35,195 nt of DNA from an uncultured Planctomycetia bacterium (GTDB taxonomy: Bacteria; Omnitrophota; Gorgyraeia; Gorgyraeales; Gorgyraeaceae). The position numbers and the translations under genes are program-made. The notes under the pieces were generated by a model. The model had not been told where the DNA came from. It ran no database searches and saw nothing but the letters and a program-made list of their open reading frames with translations. Location of the stretch: NCBI GenBank assembly GCA_964445715.1, contig CAYULJ010000003.1, positions 1 through 35,195 of the forward strand, read 5' to 3'. Shown one piece after another: positions 1 to 7,802 of the stretch (position 1 is the stretch's first letter; each line of letters begins with the position of its first letter).

Positions 1-2
1 AA

Positions 3-254
3 CTATTAGACGGCGATTATGTCGATACTTTAGAGGTCTTTAAGTGTCCGTCATCCAATAGCGATATCCCCTCGAGCGCAGATAGTGGAGATTATTTATA
101 TCAGTCAGGCCTTACAGAATCAGCAGATTCAGATACGCCTATAGCCTGTGACAAGCCTGAAAATCACAGGCAGAAGGGCGGGAATGTTCTATATGTAGGC
201 GGACATATAAAATGGCGATCTGCTTCTGGAGGAGAATGGGCTCCGCCGTTTTAA
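3..254 (+). CDS. C-terminal fragment of a pilin-like / H-X9-DG (DUF1559-like) type protein; 5' end lies outside the window
   Basis: Own translation of frame 3 is open from the window edge to TAA 252-254. It ends ...CDKPENHRQKGGNVLYVGGHIKWRSASGGEWAPPF, resembling the H-x9-(D/G)GH C-terminal motif of prepilin-type N-terminal-cleavage proteins. Confidence 0.4.
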   Translation, partial: LLDGDYVDTLEVFKCPSSNSDIPSSADSGDYLYQSGLTESADSDTPIACDKPENHRQKGGNVLYVGGHIKWRSASGGEWAPPF

Positions 255-318
255 TGGATAGAAGGATTCTTACAACGTGTAGCCGCATTTTTAAAGGTTA
301 CACGTTTTTGCTTTTTAG

Positions 319-393
319 GGCGACGTAGCCAAGAGGCAAGGCAGGAGTCTGCAAAACTCTTATTCACCGGTTCGAGTCCGGTCGTCGCCTCCA
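319..393 (+). tRNA. tRNA-Cys (anticodon GCA), CCA encoded
   Basis: Cloverleaf read by eye. Acceptor GGCGACG/CGTCGCC, anticodon loop CTGCAAA (GCA at 351-353), T-arm ACCGG-TTCGAGT-CCGGT, 3' TCCA. Confidence 0.9.
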
Positions 394-405
394 AAATTTT
401 GAATA

Positions 406-1071
406 ATGCCACATAAAAGAAAAGACTTAAAAATTAAGGGATCGAATCTTTGGTATTTAGTGGGATTGATAACTAGCGATGGATGTTTATCTCCGGACGG
501 AAGGCATATTGATATAACGTCTAAAGATCGAGACTTTTTAAAAGGCTTGACCGAAAAATTAAACATTACTAATAGGGTTACTGTTAAGAATAGTGGCACA
601 AAAAAGCAGGCCTATCATATTCAATTCGCTAATAGAAATTTTTATGATTTTCTCCAGTCTATTGGATTGACACCGAGAAAATCTCTGACCATAGATAGTT
701 TAGATATACCTGGTATATATTTTTTAGATTTTTTGAGGGGGATGATAGACGGGGATGGATGTATACGAAAATGGACACACCCAACCAATAAAAGGGAACA
801 ATGGAGTTTGCGCGTTTATTCTGGTTCGGCTCCCTTTATTAGATGGCTAGCAGATGCAATTGAATTTTCGTTAAGAGCAAAAGGCCGGATTTACAAAAAC
901 AAAGGTCGTAGAAGTAGAGATTGTGTATTAAAATATGGGAAAATGGCTGCTAGGGAAATTGTTAAAAAATGTTATTATGATGGCTGTGTTGGCTTAGAGA
1001 GAAAAAGGTTATTAGCGCAGGAGTGCGTAGGTTCTTATAAAGGCTGGAGTAAAAGTTTTACTGTTAATTGA
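406..1071 (+). CDS. double-motif LAGLIDADG homing endonuclease, free-standing between tRNA genes
   Basis: 221-aa ORF with two LAGLIDADG-type motifs, LVGLITSDGCL and LRGMIDGDGCI, about 100 aa apart. It starts 13 nt after tRNA-Cys and ends 10 nt before tRNA-Leu. No obvious SD. Confidence 0.8.
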   Translation: MPHKRKDLKIKGSNLWYLVGLITSDGCLSPDGRHIDITSKDRDFLKGLTEKLNITNRVTVKNSGTKKQAYHIQFANRNFYDFLQSIGLTPRKSLTIDSLDIPGIYFLDFLRGMIDGDGCIRKWTHPTNKREQWSLRVYSGSAPFIRWLADAIEFSLRAKGRIYKNKGRRSRDCVLKYGKMAAREIVKKCYYDGCVGLERKRLLAQECVGSYKGWSKSFTVN

Positions 1072-1081
1072 TTATTTTATT

Positions 1082-1169
1082 GCCGAGATGTTGGAACTGG
1101 CAGACAATATGGACTTAAAATCCATTGAGCCAAAAGCTCGTGTGGGTTCGAATCCCACTCTCGGCACCA
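1082..1169 (+). tRNA. tRNA-Leu (anticodon TAA), long variable arm, CCA encoded
   Basis: Acceptor GCCGAGA/TCTCGGC, anticodon stem-loop ATGGA-CTTAAAA-TCCAT, long variable arm, T-arm GTGGG-TTCGAAT-CCCAC, ACCA end. Confidence 0.9.
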
Positions 1170-1170
1170 T

Positions 1171-1247
1171 GGGCTCATGGCGCAGTTGGATAGCGCGCTT
1201 CCTTGACATGGAAGAGGTCAGAGGTTCGAGTCCTCTTGGGCCCACCA
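1171..1247 (+). tRNA. tRNA-Val (anticodon GAC), CCA encoded
   Basis: Acceptor GGGCTCA/TGGGCCC (one G:T), anticodon stem-loop CTTCC-TTGACAT-GGAAG, T-arm AGAGG-TTCGAGT-CCTCT, ACCA end followed by a T-run. Confidence 0.9.
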
Positions 1248-1396
1248 GTTTTTGTTTTTTTATATTTGTGGCGCAACAGGACTCGAAACGAGTGAGCGCC
1301 GAGCAGATAGCGAGGAAAAGGCCGTAAGTCCGAATGGACCGGCCGACAGCGAATGAGGTGGGCCTCCGCAGCGAGGCTACGTCCGAGCGTAGGAGG

Positions 1397-1417
1397 CGAG
1401 TCCTCTTGGGCCCACCA
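1397..1417 (+). repeat. 21-nt direct repeat of the tRNA-Val 3' end (copy of 1227-1247)
   Basis: CGAGTCCTCTTGGGCCCACCA occurs at 1227-1247 and again at 1397-1417. Both copies are followed by a T-rich tract. The 149 bp between them is GC-rich. Confidence 0.9.
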
Positions 1418-1425
1418 TTATTTTT

Positions 1426-1466
1426 GTTAAGTTCACACTTTAACAATGTTAAAGTGTGAACTTAGG
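1426..1466. repeat. 41-bp palindromic element, family A (TTCACAC subfamily, degenerate ends)
   Basis: gttaagttcacactttaacaatgttaaagtgtgaacttagg; arms complementary. Confidence 0.9.
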
Positions 1467-1478
1467 GATCGATGTTAT

Positions 1479-3197
1479 ATGAAAAAAGAATTAGATGCAC
1501 TACGACATAGTTGTTCTCACGTAATGGCAGATGCCGTGAAGAAGCTTTTCCCAAAGGTAAAGCTTGGCTTTGGCCCTGCTATTGAAGACGGGTTCTACTA
1601 TGATTTTGATTTACAGGATGGCTTTGCCTCAGAAGACCTTCACAAGATAGAAAAGGAGATGGCAAAGATCATAAAGCAAGATCTAGGGTTCAAGAGAGAA
1701 GATATTTCTAAAAAAGAAGCGCTTAAGTTATTCAAAAAATTAAAAGAGCTTTACAAGGTCGAACTTATAAACAACTTAGATTCGGATACAGTTTCTATTT
1801 ATAAGCACGGGAAATTTGTAGATCTTTGTAAAGGCCCGCACGTTGAGTCTACAGGCAGGATCAAGGCATTTAAGCTTCTGAGCATTGCAGGTGCGTATTG
1901 GCATGGCATTGAAACAAACCCAATGTTACAGCGAATATATGGTACTTGCTTTGAAAGCAAAAAGGCATTAGAAGATTTTCTGAGATTAAGGGAAGAAGCG
2001 AAGAAGAGAGATCACAGGAGACTCGGTAAGGATCTGGATTTATTCAGTATTCACGACGATGTCGGGCCTGGCCTTGTTTTTTATCACCCCAACGGCGCTC
2101 TCGTCAGGATGTTGGTGGAAGATTATATAAAAAAGGAACACTTGAAACGCGGCTATCAGATCGTGATGGGGCCTCATATTTTGAAATCCGATATATGGGT
2201 CACCTCCGGACATTACGATTACTACAAAGAAAATATGTACATATTTAAGGTAGAGAAGGATGAATACGTGATCAAGCCAATGAATTGTCCGGCGCATATG
2301 CTTATTTATAAATCAAAGACTAGAAGCTACAGAGATCTACCTATGCGATATTTTGAATTGGGCAATGTGCACCGAAGGGAAAAATCAGGTGTATTGCACG
2401 GACTTCTCAGGGTGCGGGGCTTTACCCAGGATGATGCGCATATATTTTGTCTGCCTGAACAGGTCGAGAAAGAGATTGTCGGCGTGATAGATTTTGTCAT
2501 CGATACGATGAAGGTGTTTGGTTTTATTGATTACAAGATCGATCTTTCCACAAGGCCGCCAAAATTTATTGGAAGCTTTAAGATCTGGGATGAAGCTACA
2601 AATGCGTTGAAAAAAGCGCTCGAGTCCAAAGGCATGACATATGATATCAATGAAGGCGAGGGCGCGTTTTACGGACCAAAAATAGATATCATGGTAAAGG
2701 ATGCATTGGGCAGGCCCTGGCAGTGTGCGACTGTGCAGTGCGACTTTGCACTACCTGAAAGATTTGATTTGGCATATATATCAAAGGACGGGAAAAAAGA
2801 ACGTCCAGTGATGTTGCACCGCGTAATACTGGGCAGCATGGAGAGATTCTTAGGCACCCTTATTGAGCATTATGCAGGCGCATTCCCTGTGTGGCTAAGT
2901 CCTCAGCAGGTCACTGTGATCCCCATTACTGAGAGGGCGCATGATTATGCGGATGAGACTTTGAGTAGATTGCAGGAAGAAGGAATAAGGGCTGAAGTCG
3001 ATAAAAGAAACGAAAAGCTACAGTATAAGATAAGAGAAAAGGAAACACAGAAACTGCCTTATATGTTGATCGTAGGCGACAAGGAAAAAGAAACGGGCAC
3101 GGTTTCGCTTCGAGCGCGAAAAGAAGGAAACCTCGGAAGCATAAAGCTGGAAGAATTTCTTTCTAGGATAAAGGACGAGATCGCAAATAAAAAATAA
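1479..3197 (+). CDS. thrS: threonine--tRNA ligase (no N-terminal TGS domain)
   Basis: ORF 1446-3197. Motifs RHSCSHV (editing domain), KRDHRRLGKDLDLF, PMNCPAH, FYGPKID and the anticodon-binding C-terminus. The first 11 codons (MLKCELRDRCY) are repeat-derived, so the start is moved to ATG 1479. The TAA stop lies in the terminus of the next repeat. Confidence 0.9.
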   Translation: MKKELDALRHSCSHVMADAVKKLFPKVKLGFGPAIEDGFYYDFDLQDGFASEDLHKIEKEMAKIIKQDLGFKREDISKKEALKLFKKLKELYKVELINNLDSDTVSIYKHGKFVDLCKGPHVESTGRIKAFKLLSIAGAYWHGIETNPMLQRIYGTCFESKKALEDFLRLREEAKKRDHRRLGKDLDLFSIHDDVGPGLVFYHPNGALVRMLVEDYIKKEHLKRGYQIVMGPHILKSDIWVTSGHYDYYKENMYIFKVEKDEYVIKPMNCPAHMLIYKSKTRSYRDLPMRYFELGNVHRREKSGVLHGLLRVRGFTQDDAHIFCLPEQVEKEIVGVIDFVIDTMKVFGFIDYKIDLSTRPPKFIGSFKIWDEATNALKKALESKGMTYDINEGEGAFYGPKIDIMVKDALGRPWQCATVQCDFALPERFDLAYISKDGKKERPVMLHRVILGSMERFLGTLIEHYAGAFPVWLSPQQVTVIPITERAHDYADETLSRLQEEGIRAEVDKRNEKLQYKIREKETQKLPYMLIVGDKEKETGTVSLRARKEGNLGSIKLEEFLSRIKDEIANKK

Positions 3198-3233
3198 GTT
3201 CACAATTCAACAATGTTAAAGTGTGAACTTAAA
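3193..3233. repeat. 41-bp palindromic element, family A (TTCACAC subfamily, degenerate)
   Basis: aataagttcacaattcaacaatgttaaagtgtgaacttaaa; its TAA at 3195-3197 is the thrS stop codon. Confidence 0.85.
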
Positions 3234-3249
3234 CGAGGAGGTGGTAGTT

Positions 3250-3780
3250 ATTCCACGGCCGTTACGAGTAAACCAAAAAATAAGGGTGAAAGAAGTAAGA
3301 TTGATAGGGCCTGATGGAGAACAGATGGGCACGGTTCTTACTCAGGATGCGTTACAAAAGGCGCAGGAGCTAGGGCTTGATCTGGTAGAGGTAGCTTTTC
3401 AGGCAAAACCGCCTGTCTGCCGTATAATGGATTATAGCAAGTATAAATACGACCAAGAGAAAAAAGAAAGAGAGGCCCGCAAGCATCAAAAGGTCGTGCA
3501 CCTGAAACAGATAAAGATAAAGCCAAATATAGAAGAGCATGACTATCAGGTTAAGCTTCACCATCTTAAGAGATTTCTGTCAAGAGGGGACAAAGCAAAA
3601 CTTATCATGATCTTTCGCGGGAGAGAGATGAGCCATATTGAGATAGGCAAGAAGGTCGTGGATAGGATGATCTCTGATCTTTCAGACGTGGGGGAGCTGG
3701 AAAAGAACCCTGTCAAAGAAGGAAGGAGCATAATAGTCAACTTTTTGCCAAAATCCAGCGTAGTGAAGGTTAAGAAATAG
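3250..3780 (+). CDS. infC: translation initiation factor IF-3, probable ATT start
   Basis: IF3 motifs KEVRLIGPDGEQMG and KPPVCRIMDYSKYKY. GGAGG at 3237-3241 lies 8 nt before ATT 3250. The track's GTG 3223 start is inside the repeat. AUU starts are a known conserved feature of infC. Confidence 0.85.
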   Translation: MPRPLRVNQKIRVKEVRLIGPDGEQMGTVLTQDALQKAQELGLDLVEVAFQAKPPVCRIMDYSKYKYDQEKKEREARKHQKVVHLKQIKIKPNIEEHDYQVKLHHLKRFLSRGDKAKLIMIFRGREMSHIEIGKKVVDRMISDLSDVGELEKNPVKEGRSIIVNFLPKSSVVKVKK

Positions 3781-3795
3781 ACAAGGAGCGTATAA

Positions 3796-3993
3796 ATGCC
3801 AAAGTTAAAAACAAACAAAAGCGCAAAGAAAAGACTTAAATTAACAAAAAAAGGTAAACTCAAGAGGTTTAAACCAGGGAGAAGGCATCTTTTGACCTCC
3901 AAGTCTTCCAACAGAAAGCGCGGCATGAGAAAAGGTGCGCTTGTCGAAGGAACGGTAGGAAAGATCACAAAGAAGCTTTTGCCTTATGGATAA
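3796..3993 (+). CDS. rpmI: 50S ribosomal protein L35
   Basis: 65 aa, basic, begins MPKLKTNKSAKKR; AAGGAG SD upstream; conserved infC-rpmI-rplT order. Confidence 0.9.
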   Translation: MPKLKTNKSAKKRLKLTKKGKLKRFKPGRRHLLTSKSSNRKRGMRKGALVEGTVGKITKKLLPYG

Positions 3994-4006
3994 GGAGAGG
4001 TAGATT

Positions 4007-4357
4007 ATGGCGCGCGTAAAATACGGACCAGCATCTAGGGCGAGAAGGAAAAAAGTCTCAAAGATGGCCAAAGGCCAGAGAGGCGGGAGAAGCAAGTGGC
4101 ATAGGGTTACAATGGAATCTGTGAACAAAGCGCTTGCTTATGGAACCAGAGATAGAAAAGCTAAGAAAAGGACATTCAGACAACTCTGGATCTTGAGGGT
4201 CTCCAATGCCTGCAAGGAACTCGGGATTTCCTATAGCAAGTTCATGAAGAAGTTATCGGATTCCAAGATACGCCTTAACAGAAAGATTCTCGCAGACATA
4301 GCAACGAACGACACAAAGGCTTTCAAAAAGCTCGTAGATACCGTCAATAAGAAATAA
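4007..4357 (+). CDS. rplT: 50S ribosomal protein L20
   Basis: 116 aa, begins MARVKYGPASRARRKKV; GGAGAGG SD; synteny. Confidence 0.9.
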   Translation: MARVKYGPASRARRKKVSKMAKGQRGGRSKWHRVTMESVNKALAYGTRDRKAKKRTFRQLWILRVSNACKELGISYSKFMKKLSDSKIRLNRKILADIATNDTKAFKKLVDTVNKK

Positions 4358-4360
4358 TCC

Positions 4361-4401
4361 CTTAAGTTTACACTTTAACATTGTTGAAGTGTAAACTTAA
4401 G
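4361..4401. repeat. 41-bp palindromic element, family A (consensus, T..G form on + strand)
   Basis: cttaagtttacactttaacattgttgaagtgtaaacttaag. Confidence 0.95.
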
Positions 4402-4421
4402 CTAGTAAATTGCATATTAAC

Positions 4422-5786
4422 ATGACTATACGTCGCTTAAAACCGCCACAGGTAGTAGTATTTAGCTTCCTTATAACGATTTTTGTCGGGGCGCTACTCT
4501 TGTCTTTGCCTCAGAGTTCCAGTAACGGTGCTTCTATTGGACTCGTGGACGCATTTTTTACTGCGACAAGCGCTACCTGCGTTACAGGGCTAATCGTCAA
4601 AGACACGGGCGCTGATTTTTCAAACTTTGGACAGTCGGTGATATTGTTTTTGGTGCAGATAGGCGGCTTGGGCATAATGACCATGTCTACTTTTTTCGCG
4701 ATACTCTTGGGCAGAAAATTAACGGTTCGCGAGAATGTTGTTATAAAGGGCGCTTTGGACCACCACTCCGTAGAAGGGTTAAAGACCCTTATAATGTATA
4801 TATTGGGCATGACTTTTGTTATTGAAGCCATAGGCGCGTTTTTTTTATATCGTAGTTTCGGAGACATATATCCGTCCGTATTCCACTCTATATCTAGTTT
4901 TTGCAATGCCGGGTTTTCTCTTAACTCGACAAGTTTTATCACTCATGCCCAAGACAGCTATGTCAATCTCGTAATGATTACACTGATTATACTGGGAGGG
5001 ATCGGCTTCGTTGTTCTTATAGATATCCCAAAGGTTTTCAGGTGGTGTTTTAGAAGAGTGTTCTTAAAAAGAAAAGAAGACATAATGCATTTGATCTCGA
5101 AGATAAGCCTTCAGTCAAAAGTCGCAGTTACTGTCAGCGCGATATTGCTGCTATTAGGAACAGTTGTTTTCTTTTTATTGGAGAACCATAAGGTTTTATA
5201 TGGGCTGGGGCTGGACAGGAAGATCTTGGCTTCTTTTTTCCAATCCGCGACTTCCAGAACAGCAGGATTTAATACAGTGCCGATAGGTAGGCTTGCAAGC
5301 CCGACATTGTTTTTTCTCATAATACTGATGTTTATAGGCGCTTCACCGGGGTCAACAGGAGGAGGCATAAAGACTTGCACATTGGGCGTTCTTTTGGCAG
5401 GGGCATGGAGCATGATAAAAAATAAGGGCAGTATACATATATTCAAAAAGACTATCCCCAGATCGATATTTAGAAAAGCTGTTATGATTGCAGGGCTTGC
5501 TGTGACATGGATAGTTCTTTTTACTATGCTTTTGAGTTTTGTCGAAGACCACAACGAGGCAATGCCCAATTATTTTTTGAGGATCTTATTCGAGGTGACT
5601 TCCGCGTTTGGCACTGTTGGGTTGTCGACAGGCATTACGCCTATTTTGAGTCCCATCGGCAAGATATTGATAATGCTTACTATGTTTGTCGGTAGGCTCG
5701 GTCCTTTGACGCTTGCGCTTGCAGTTGCAATGAAGGAACATAAGATTTTCTACAAGTACCCCGAGGAAAAGGTGATGGTGGGTTAA
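4422..5786 (+). CDS. trkH: TrkH/KtrB-family K+ uptake membrane subunit
   Basis: Polytopic membrane ORF with repeated pore-loop-like glycine motifs (GGLG, GGIG, TGGG, TVGLSTG). ATG 4422 is preferred over the track's TTG 4410. Confidence 0.85.
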   Translation: MTIRRLKPPQVVVFSFLITIFVGALLLSLPQSSSNGASIGLVDAFFTATSATCVTGLIVKDTGADFSNFGQSVILFLVQIGGLGIMTMSTFFAILLGRKLTVRENVVIKGALDHHSVEGLKTLIMYILGMTFVIEAIGAFFLYRSFGDIYPSVFHSISSFCNAGFSLNSTSFITHAQDSYVNLVMITLIILGGIGFVVLIDIPKVFRWCFRRVFLKRKEDIMHLISKISLQSKVAVTVSAILLLLGTVVFFLLENHKVLYGLGLDRKILASFFQSATSRTAGFNTVPIGRLASPTLFFLIILMFIGASPGSTGGGIKTCTLGVLLAGAWSMIKNKGSIHIFKKTIPRSIFRKAVMIAGLAVTWIVLFTMLLSFVEDHNEAMPNYFLRILFEVTSAFGTVGLSTGITPILSPIGKILIMLTMFVGRLGPLTLALAVAMKEHKIFYKYPEEKVMVG

Positions 5787-5805
5787 CCGCAGAGATACGC
5801 GGAAG

Positions 5806-5858
5806 CTTAAGTTTACACTTTAACATTGTTAGAGTGTAAGTTAGAGTGTAAACTTAAG
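5806..5858. repeat. family A element with about 12-nt internal duplication of the right arm (53 bp)
   Basis: cttaagtttacactttaacattgtt-agagtgtaagtt-agagtgtaaacttaag. Confidence 0.9.
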
Positions 5859-5970
5859 GCTATTATAACAAGATCCTGAGAGTGCTTCTAATTAGTTGCA
5901 TTCCCAGGATAAATTCGCACTTAATAATCCGCCTGAGGCGGATTATGTGCTCATTTAAAGGAGAAATATC

Positions 5971-6654
5971 ATGAGGCAATTCGCAGTAATAGGCTTAGGA
6001 AGATTTGGTTGGAGCGTAGCTGAGACGTTGAGCGAAAAGGGACATCAGGTGCTTGCAATAGACAAGGATGAAGAGTTGGTGCAGGAGGCGTCTGATTTCG
6101 TGACAGAGGCAGTCCAGGTAGATTCTACGGATGAAAAGGCAATGAAGGCCGTGGGCATACAAGAGGTGGACGTAGCTATTATAGGCATAGGCACAAATCT
6201 GGAGGCCTCGGTTTTGACTGCTTTGATTTTAAAAGAGCTCGGCGTGCAACACATCGTTGCGCGGGCAGTTACTGAGGAGCACGGCAAGGTACTAGAGAGA
6301 GTCGGTGCGACAAGGGTCGTGTTTCTTGAAAGAGACATGGGCATAAGGATTGCGAATTCCCTGCTTTCTCCGTCAGTCCTTGAGCACATAGAGCTTTCAG
6401 GCGAATCAAGTATAATGGAGACAGTGTCGCCGAAAGAGTTTATAGGAAAATCTATCAGAGATCTCGACATCAGGGCAAAGCATGGACTGAATATCATTGC
6501 AGTGCGAAAAAAAGAATCGACTGCAGAGGGAGCATGCGAATTGGACGTGGCTCCTAAGGCGGATTATATTGTTAAGCAGGATGACATCTTTGTGATCATT
6601 GGTTCAAACGACAATCTGGAGAAATTTAGAAAGAAATACCATATCGAAAAATAA
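5971..6654 (+). CDS. trkA: TrkA/KtrA-type RCK-domain K+ uptake regulatory subunit
   Basis: VIGLGRFG Rossmann motif (RCK-N) plus an RCK-C domain; 227 aa; adjacent to trkH; GGAG SD. Confidence 0.85.
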   Translation: MRQFAVIGLGRFGWSVAETLSEKGHQVLAIDKDEELVQEASDFVTEAVQVDSTDEKAMKAVGIQEVDVAIIGIGTNLEASVLTALILKELGVQHIVARAVTEEHGKVLERVGATRVVFLERDMGIRIANSLLSPSVLEHIELSGESSIMETVSPKEFIGKSIRDLDIRAKHGLNIIAVRKKESTAEGACELDVAPKADYIVKQDDIFVIIGSNDNLEKFRKKYHIEK

Positions 6655-6671
6655 CCATCAGACTACACAGG

Positions 6672-6712
6672 CTTAAGTTTACACTTTAACATTGTTAAAG
6701 TGTAAACTTAAG
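6672..6712. repeat. 41-bp palindromic element, family A (fully symmetric T..A form)
   Basis: cttaagtttacactttaacattgttaaagtgtaaacttaag. Confidence 0.95.
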
Positions 6713-6724
6713 AGGGAGAAGACG

Positions 6725-7744
6725 ATGAAATTATTAGAAAAGTTACGGGCGATAGAGAAAATCGCAGCAAAAGAAGCAGTAGAGGCTTCCAATTTAGAAG
6801 AACTGGAGCAGGCCAGGGTGAAATATCTTGGCAGAAAAGGAGAGCTTGCCTTTGCCATTAAGAGCATGAAGAGCGTTGCTAAAAGAGATAAACCAAAAGT
6901 GGGGAAATTTATAAATGAGCTTAAGAAAAAATTGACAGCTCTTTTAGATGAAAAAGAGGCCTCGTTTCGAGAACAAGAACAGGCGCTTTTTGAAAACAAC
7001 GATATAACGCTTCCGGGTATTACAACAGAAATCGGGCACAAACATCCTTTGGTTAAGACGCTAGAGGACATAATAGACATATTCGTCAAGATGGGTTTTA
7101 AGGCCGTGGAGACCCCAGAGGTCGAGACAGAATTTTATAACTTTGAAGGGCTTAATATTCCAAAAAACCATCCTTCAAGGGAGACATTTCACACTTTTTA
7201 TATCGAAGACGGGACCAGGCTTTTGCGCAGCCAGACCTCCACTGCCCAGATAAGGATAATGGAAAAAGAAAAACCGCCTCTACAGATAATCCATGCAGGA
7301 AAGGTCTACAGGCCAGATGCAGTCGATGCCAGTCATTCGTTTATGTTTTATCAGATAGAAGGTTTTATGGTCGATAAAAATATCGTGTTCTCTGATTTAA
7401 AAGGTGTGTTAGAGCGCTTTGCAAAAGAATATTTTGGCGAAGGCGTGAAGATGAGATTCAGACCTCATTATTTTCCTTTTACAGAGCCATCAGCAGAAGT
7501 GGATATCTCTTGTTTTATCTGTGGCGCAAAAGGCTGCAGGGTTTGTTCTTACAAGGGATGGCTCGAAGTGCTGGGTGCGGGCATGATAAATCCTCGTGTA
7601 TTTGAGGCTGTGAAATATGACCCGCGAGAATACACTGGTTTTGCATTTGGCATGGGCGTTGACAGGATATGCATGCTCAAGCATGGCATAGATGATATAA
7701 GGTTGTTCTATGAGAACGACGTACGTTTTTTGAAACAATTTTAA
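6725..7744 (+). CDS. pheS: phenylalanine--tRNA ligase alpha subunit
   Basis: Class II motifs FRPHYFPFTEPSAEVD, GAGMINP and AFGMGVDR. The track start 6692 (MLKCKLKREKT) is repeat-derived. ATG 6725 is preceded by GGGAGAAG. Confidence 0.9.
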   Translation: MKLLEKLRAIEKIAAKEAVEASNLEELEQARVKYLGRKGELAFAIKSMKSVAKRDKPKVGKFINELKKKLTALLDEKEASFREQEQALFENNDITLPGITTEIGHKHPLVKTLEDIIDIFVKMGFKAVETPEVETEFYNFEGLNIPKNHPSRETFHTFYIEDGTRLLRSQTSTAQIRIMEKEKPPLQIIHAGKVYRPDAVDASHSFMFYQIEGFMVDKNIVFSDLKGVLERFAKEYFGEGVKMRFRPHYFPFTEPSAEVDISCFICGAKGCRVCSYKGWLEVLGAGMINPRVFEAVKYDPREYTGFAFGMGVDRICMLKHGIDDIRLFYENDVRFLKQF

Positions 7745-7766
7745 CAGCAGCTTTTAGCAACTGTAG

Positions 7767-7784
7767 GGCACACTTTAGTGTGCC
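7767..7784 (+). other. small hairpin GGCACAC-TTTA-GTGTGCC downstream of pheS
   Basis: 7-bp stem with a 4-nt loop and no following T-run. Its core CACACTTTA..GTGTG resembles the family A core. Confidence 0.5.
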
Positions 7785-7802
7785 AAAATAACGGAGGACA
7801 TT

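Noticed and set aside
319-1169. Group I intron or intein context for the LAGLIDADG ORF
   Set aside because: tRNA-Cys (319-393) and tRNA-Leu (1082-1169) both fold as complete, uninterrupted cloverleaves. The ORF fills the spacer with only 10-13 nt to spare, leaving no room for an intron ribozyme core.
360-1446. ORFs 360-599(-), 1072-1446(-) and 1088-1327(+) from the track
   Set aside because: They overlap the three tRNA genes, the LAGLIDADG gene or the GC-rich spacer. They have no SD and no recognisable domains, and are judged spurious.
1722-1727. CTTAAG (AflII-type site) restricted to the repeats, which would imply a restriction-modification link
   Set aside because: CTTAAG also occurs inside coding sequence (for example 1722-1727 in thrS), so there is no evident avoidance elsewhere. 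No R-M genes are in the window.
4361-4401. Integron attC-like sites (CTTTAAC ... GTTRAAG resembles the RYYYAAC / GTTRRRY cores at cassette 3' ends)
   Set aside because: The core-like motifs are adjacent at the centre rather than at the ends of the palindrome, and do not fit the consensus at the R/Y ends. The flanked genes are essential housekeeping genes on both strands. No intI or attI is present.
4361-4401. Family A elements as ordinary Rho-independent terminators
   Set aside because: No U/T tract follows either arm. Copies sit between genes of conserved operons. Palindromy extends through the would-be loop. A stabiliser, partial pause or other role remains possible.
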